Positions 60,188-64,000 of a stretch of 64,000 bases of DNA are shown piece by piece. The stretch covers positions 3,040,001-3,104,000 of the forward strand of contig OZ240245.1 in assembly GCA_965198175.1 (NCBI GenBank). Reading direction: 5' to 3'. This DNA is from Candidatus Poribacteria bacterium (GTDB taxonomy: Bacteria > Poribacteria > WGA-4E > PCPOR2b). Below the pieces are notes generated by a model. It was not told the DNA's origin. It saw nothing but the letters and a program-made list of their open reading frames with translations, and made no database searches. Made by a program: the position numbers and the translations under genes. Position 1 is the stretch's first letter; each line of letters opens with the position of its first letter.

Positions 60188-60436
60188 TTATATCAATTCA
60201 TATCGAATATCAATGCTATCTTTCCCCTCTAGGGTTTCAGCAAGCATTTCGAGTAACTCCTCTTGGCAACCGTTCTCAGCAAGAAAGTCATATGTTTCTT
60301 CATTGATATAATAGTCCTGATCCTCAATACCTCCCTCCTCAAGATTCTCAATCAGAAATTGAACCTGATCCTCAGTGATTATTCCTATCTCTTGGTCATG
60401 CTCAAGATCGATCAGTCGAAATAACTTCTGATTCAT
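60188..60436 (-). CDS. Small acidic conserved hypothetical protein
   Basis: GAGG RBS; ITEDQVQFLIENLEE...DQDYYI motif. Confidence 0.8.
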   Translation of the reverse strand: MNQKLFRLIDLEHDQEIGIITEDQVQFLIENLEEGGIEDQDYYINEETYDFLAENGCQEELLEMLAETLEGKDSIDIRYELI

Positions 60437-60759
60437 CTACAACCTCTTTGAAACCAACCATTGACGTGTTTACACCCATGGCACCACTCGCTTTCCGGCT
60501 ACTACCTTTTTATCTTCCGGTTACAGATTTTATGAAAACGTCGTTGGTTTGTCATCCCAAAAATCATCAGATTGAGCGCCTTCAAGTTATTCCATGCCCT
60601 GCCCTGTCCCCAAAAAGCTGGACATGAAGCTAAGATTGATATACAATAACCGTAAGTGTTAGATTAGAGACAAAATATAGGGAAGTTGCAGTCCCAGTTG
60701 TCATGAAAAGCAGACCGAGAGGTCAACTTGCCGACGGTTGACGATGTAGCAACTTGGGT

Positions 60760-61875
60760 TTATGGCTTTGATCCGCTCTTGAGTTGTGCCCATGTCGTGA
60801 TGACGGACGGAATGGTGGGTTTAAGCTGGGGGGCAGGTGAGGCAGTCTCCGTTTCCCATAACTCACCTTCCAAGGTGACGGTTTCTTCGGCGGAGGAGTG
60901 GATCATATAACTGGCTTCGCCTCGAATGGATTCATCAAGATATTCGGTGTCATTGCGCTGTACCAGCACCTGATCTTGTGACTCCAACTGGAAGTAAATT
61001 GCCCATACGGATGGAAATAGGTCAAAAAAATCTCCGACGGTCTCCAAGTCTTCGGAGTCTATCGGCACACCGTATACACCGTAACCTTCGCGGATCGTTA
61101 AATCTACTTGGACGGGAGTTGTTTCAGGTCTTTGTGCGTGGAGTTCGACGGTTCTTTCTCTTGTCATGACAATGACAAAACCGAAACTCGGGTCCAGTTG
61201 GGGATTGTCTCCGCCACTTGATGTGTATTTGAACTCGTCTAATCCAACGGAATATACGTAATTGACATCTGGTTGTATTGCGTAAAAAAGGTCGGATATC
61301 TCTTCTAGCGCACTTTCGCAATGGTCAACCCCAATGACAGTGAACGGCAGCGAAATGAAATTGTATCCTTCCTTAAGCTCTAGTGTGAACGACACAATTT
61401 CGCCTGTCAAAGGTGTGCATCCTTCGCCCGACGATGATGAGGTGCCGCGCCGATTGTTCTGCGAACTGTCGTCTCCATTGTTCCCTAAATCGTCGTTCTC
61501 GAATTTCTGCAAATTGTCGTCTCCATTGTTTCCTAAATCGTCGTTCTTGAAGTTCTGCAAATTGCCGATCTGGTTGGGCGTGTCTGGGTCCGATGATTGC
61601 CAGTTCTGTGGCTCCACGGTCCACCAGGCTGTGATCCTAATGAGATTGGGTGGATGCGTGTTATTTACCTGATAGTATTCATGCACATGCTGGTATTCCG
61701 GTTTACGGATTCGATCCGGATGGTCAATCGGGAGATGCGTGGGGGGAGGGTCGGTAAATGCGTCCTCGGGAAAGTCGTCATGGGCATGGACGGCTAGAGG
61801 GATTCCGAAGAAGATGGTGCAGAGGAAACTGAGTAACAGCTTGCTAGCAATCGGGGTTTCAAAGTGTTCGCGCAT
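60760..61875 (-). CDS. Secreted protein with acidic tandem repeat and C-terminal TTWAQLK motif
   Basis: Signal peptide ending AVHA; two 'LxxGYNxxxxP' beta modules; C-terminal SPAP...VITTWAQLK. Confidence 0.85.
   Translation of the reverse strand: MREHFETPIASKLLLSFLCTIFFGIPLAVHAHDDFPEDAFTDPPPTHLPIDHPDRIRKPEYQHVHEYYQVNNTHPPNLIRITAWWTVEPQNWQSSDPDTPNQIGNLQNFKNDDLGNNGDDNLQKFENDDLGNNGDDSSQNNRRGTSSSSGEGCTPLTGEIVSFTLELKEGYNFISLPFTVIGVDHCESALEEISDLFYAIQPDVNYVYSVGLDEFKYTSSGGDNPQLDPSFGFVIVMTRERTVELHAQRPETTPVQVDLTIREGYGVYGVPIDSEDLETVGDFFDLFPSVWAIYFQLESQDQVLVQRNDTEYLDESIRGEASYMIHSSAEETVTLEGELWETETASPAPQLKPTIPSVITTWAQLKSGSKP
61467..61562. repeat. 48-bp tandem duplication (2 copies, 3 mismatches)
   Basis: Encodes NLQNFKNDDLGNNGDD / NLQKFENDDLGNNGDD. 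Confidence 0.9.
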
Positions 61876-62063
61876 AATCGTGTCCCCATTGTTCAGATGG
61901 CTCCGGGGCTAAGACTTTGCCGATGCCTATTGTCGCTCCAAGGGGCGAATGTGTGAAATGCCGGACTAAAGTGAATCCTCAAATTATTGACGGCAAAGCT
62001 AGGCAATTATTGATTTATAACGTTAAATGCTGAATCGCGTTACACAATAAGGAGGGATTCGCC

Positions 62064-63908
62064 GTGAGTGTTTCAAGATCTATTCCCAAAAGGAAGGTAA
62101 TCGGTTCGGTTCAAGTCGAAACGCCACCAGTGGAACATGTGGTGAGAGTAGATCTAGTCTACCACCAACTGTGCCGTGCTGATGACTTTGAGGAACTTAA
62201 AGGCAAACCGTATCATGTCAATGGTACTCACCTCGCCATCTTCAAGTTTGACGGTAAATTCTTCGCGGTTGATAATCGCTGTCCGCATATGGGTTACCCG
62301 ATGTCTAAAGGCAGCCTTCGGGATGGCGTACTTATCTGTCACTGGCATCACTGGGAGTTCGACCTAAAATCGGGCGGCTGTTTTCAAGCGTTCGGCGACG
62401 ATCTGAAAGCATTCCCTGTCGAGTTGCGTGATGACGGTTATCTCTACGTCGGGCTTGCTCGCGGGGAAAAGGTAGCCGCTAAACGTCGAGTCATTGACCG
62501 TGGCAAGCGGGCACTGGAGCGAGGACTCAAGGACCAAAGCCCCTTCTTCATTGCGAAGGCGGTTGCGGCGCTGCAAGGCGCGGGAGCATCCCCGCAGGAG
62601 ATCATCCAACAAGGTCTATATTACGGGGCACACAAAAGCAGCGAAGGTTGGTCGTCCGGTGTTACGATTCTCACACTCGCAGGCAACTTGTGGAACGAAG
62701 TTGACCCCAAGGATCTCAATCTCTTTCTCGTGCATGGTCTCGTGCAGGTTAGCCGAAGAACGACGGGGAGTTCACGCCCATATCGTGCGCCTTTCCCACG
62801 TGTAAGCGAAGAGCATGACCTCACAACACTCAAGCGGTGGTTCCGCTATTTTGTTGACAAACGGCACCGAGGCGCAGCAGAGCGCATCCTATTGACGCTC
62901 AACGACCGTGAGTACGGAAAGTCAATCATCGCTGATTTCGTTTTTACCGCAGCGACCGACTTCTACTTCACCGGTGACGGTCATGCACTCGATTTTGCGA
63001 ATAAGATGTTTGAGGCACTGGATTACGTTCAATGGGAAGGGGCTCATGAAATCCTACGCCCGATAATCATCGATTTGGTCAGTAGGACTCGGCATGAAGA
63101 AACGTCCCGATGGGCTGACTCGGTACCTGTCTTAGAATCGGTCTTCTCACGAATTCACGACATCTGGCAGGACAACCGTGCAACCGAGGCATCGCTTGAC
63201 ATATCCGAATTTTCGAAGACGCTGCTTGGAGATGATTTCAGACCGATTGTCGCGGCAGTTGAAGCGAAACTGCGCGCAGGAGTCAGACCTTCCGACATCT
63301 GTCGTGCGATGACCTACGCGTCAGCTATTCGCATTGCGCAGTTCCACCTAAAAAATGAGGGAGATTGGCACGATGTAGCGAACATCTACTCGTATGCCCA
63401 TGCCCTCTACTGTGCATTCGATTACGCACCGAGTGCAAAACTCTTGCGCGGCATCTTTCACGGTGTTGTCTTCCTCACGTATCTCCGCTGGCTCAACATG
63501 CCCGCCGCACGTATGCCGCAACCCGGGCAACGGCTGGATGAAACATATGATTCCGTGAAGCAGATATTAGACCGGCTTCAAGAATTGGCGGACTTTCAGA
63601 AGGTCTATGAAGCAGAGGTATTGGTGAACCAGTATCTCGAAGAGGGACACGACATTGACAAACTCAGGCAGACGCTCTGTCATGTTTTGCTTCGTGAAGA
63701 TGCAGAACTACACATGTTCCAGGTGCTTGAAGTCGCCTTGAGACACTTCGACCTGTCAGACGATCCGGAGGAGAAGCGGATACATCTCTTGGCAGCCACA
63801 CGCTATATCACTGCACAGAAGCTGATGAAGAACATCCTTTGGTCAACGGAAAACGCCGAACGCCTTGCACGTGGCGAGCTACTCAGTGAGCGTGACGATG
63901 ATAATTAG
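62064..63908 (+). CDS. Rieske [2Fe-2S] domain protein with a large helical C-terminal region
   Basis: CPHMG and CHWH Rieske ligands; AAGGAGG RBS. Confidence 0.9.
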   Translation: MSVSRSIPKRKVIGSVQVETPPVEHVVRVDLVYHQLCRADDFEELKGKPYHVNGTHLAIFKFDGKFFAVDNRCPHMGYPMSKGSLRDGVLICHWHHWEFDLKSGGCFQAFGDDLKAFPVELRDDGYLYVGLARGEKVAAKRRVIDRGKRALERGLKDQSPFFIAKAVAALQGAGASPQEIIQQGLYYGAHKSSEGWSSGVTILTLAGNLWNEVDPKDLNLFLVHGLVQVSRRTTGSSRPYRAPFPRVSEEHDLTTLKRWFRYFVDKRHRGAAERILLTLNDREYGKSIIADFVFTAATDFYFTGDGHALDFANKMFEALDYVQWEGAHEILRPIIIDLVSRTRHEETSRWADSVPVLESVFSRIHDIWQDNRATEASLDISEFSKTLLGDDFRPIVAAVEAKLRAGVRPSDICRAMTYASAIRIAQFHLKNEGDWHDVANIYSYAHALYCAFDYAPSAKLLRGIFHGVVFLTYLRWLNMPAARMPQPGQRLDETYDSVKQILDRLQELADFQKVYEAEVLVNQYLEEGHDIDKLRQTLCHVLLREDAELHMFQVLEVALRHFDLSDDPEEKRIHLLAATRYITAQKLMKNILWSTENAERLARGELLSERDDDN

Positions 63909-64000
63909 CGCATTCCTACACTCTTTGTGCCAACCTGCACTTTTGAATCAATGAAAACCGAGTGGAGTGCGAAAGCAAACTATGGGCTCTCAAAATGGAT

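Noticed and set aside
60188..60436. Resemblance to small proteins labelled 'galactosyldiacylglycerol synthase' in databases
   Set aside because: 82 aa with no glycosyltransferase motifs, so the function is not supported

Overview
A 64 kb bacterial chromosomal region, most likely from Candidatus Poribacteria or a related lineage. This is an inference from tandem PhyH dioxygenases, ankyrin/HEAT/TPR repeat proteins and a secreted protein ending in a 'TTWAQLK' motif. The left half is mostly one minus-strand block: a MoxR AAA+ ATPase / VWA / DUF58 / ABC-transporter cluster interleaved with other genes (a GmrSD-like DUF262-DUF1524 nuclease, two lipoproteins, an exported MTA/SAH nucleosidase fusion), followed by a TonB-dependent receptor and a 2636-aa TPR/alpha-2-macroglobulin. 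The right half holds metabolic and housekeeping genes (ICL/PEP-mutase family, Gfo/Idh/MocA, two PhyH, gmd, YCF48-like, HEAT, S8 protease, UbiA/UbiX, TPP enzyme subunit, class V aminotransferase, M16 peptidase, trmB, tRNA-Ala(GGC), a Rieske protein). The most notable observation is missing from the ORF track. The 154-aa ORF at 18047-18511(-) extends in frame through two TGA codons to an ATG at 18724 that has an RBS, a promoter and a signal peptide. This gives a 225-aa exported, beta-barrel-like candidate selenoprotein with a U-S-A-U (UxxU) motif followed by a SECIS-like hairpin. Also present are two frameshifted genes, an IS5-family mini-element, REP-like palindromes and a ~60-aa module shared by unrelated proteins.
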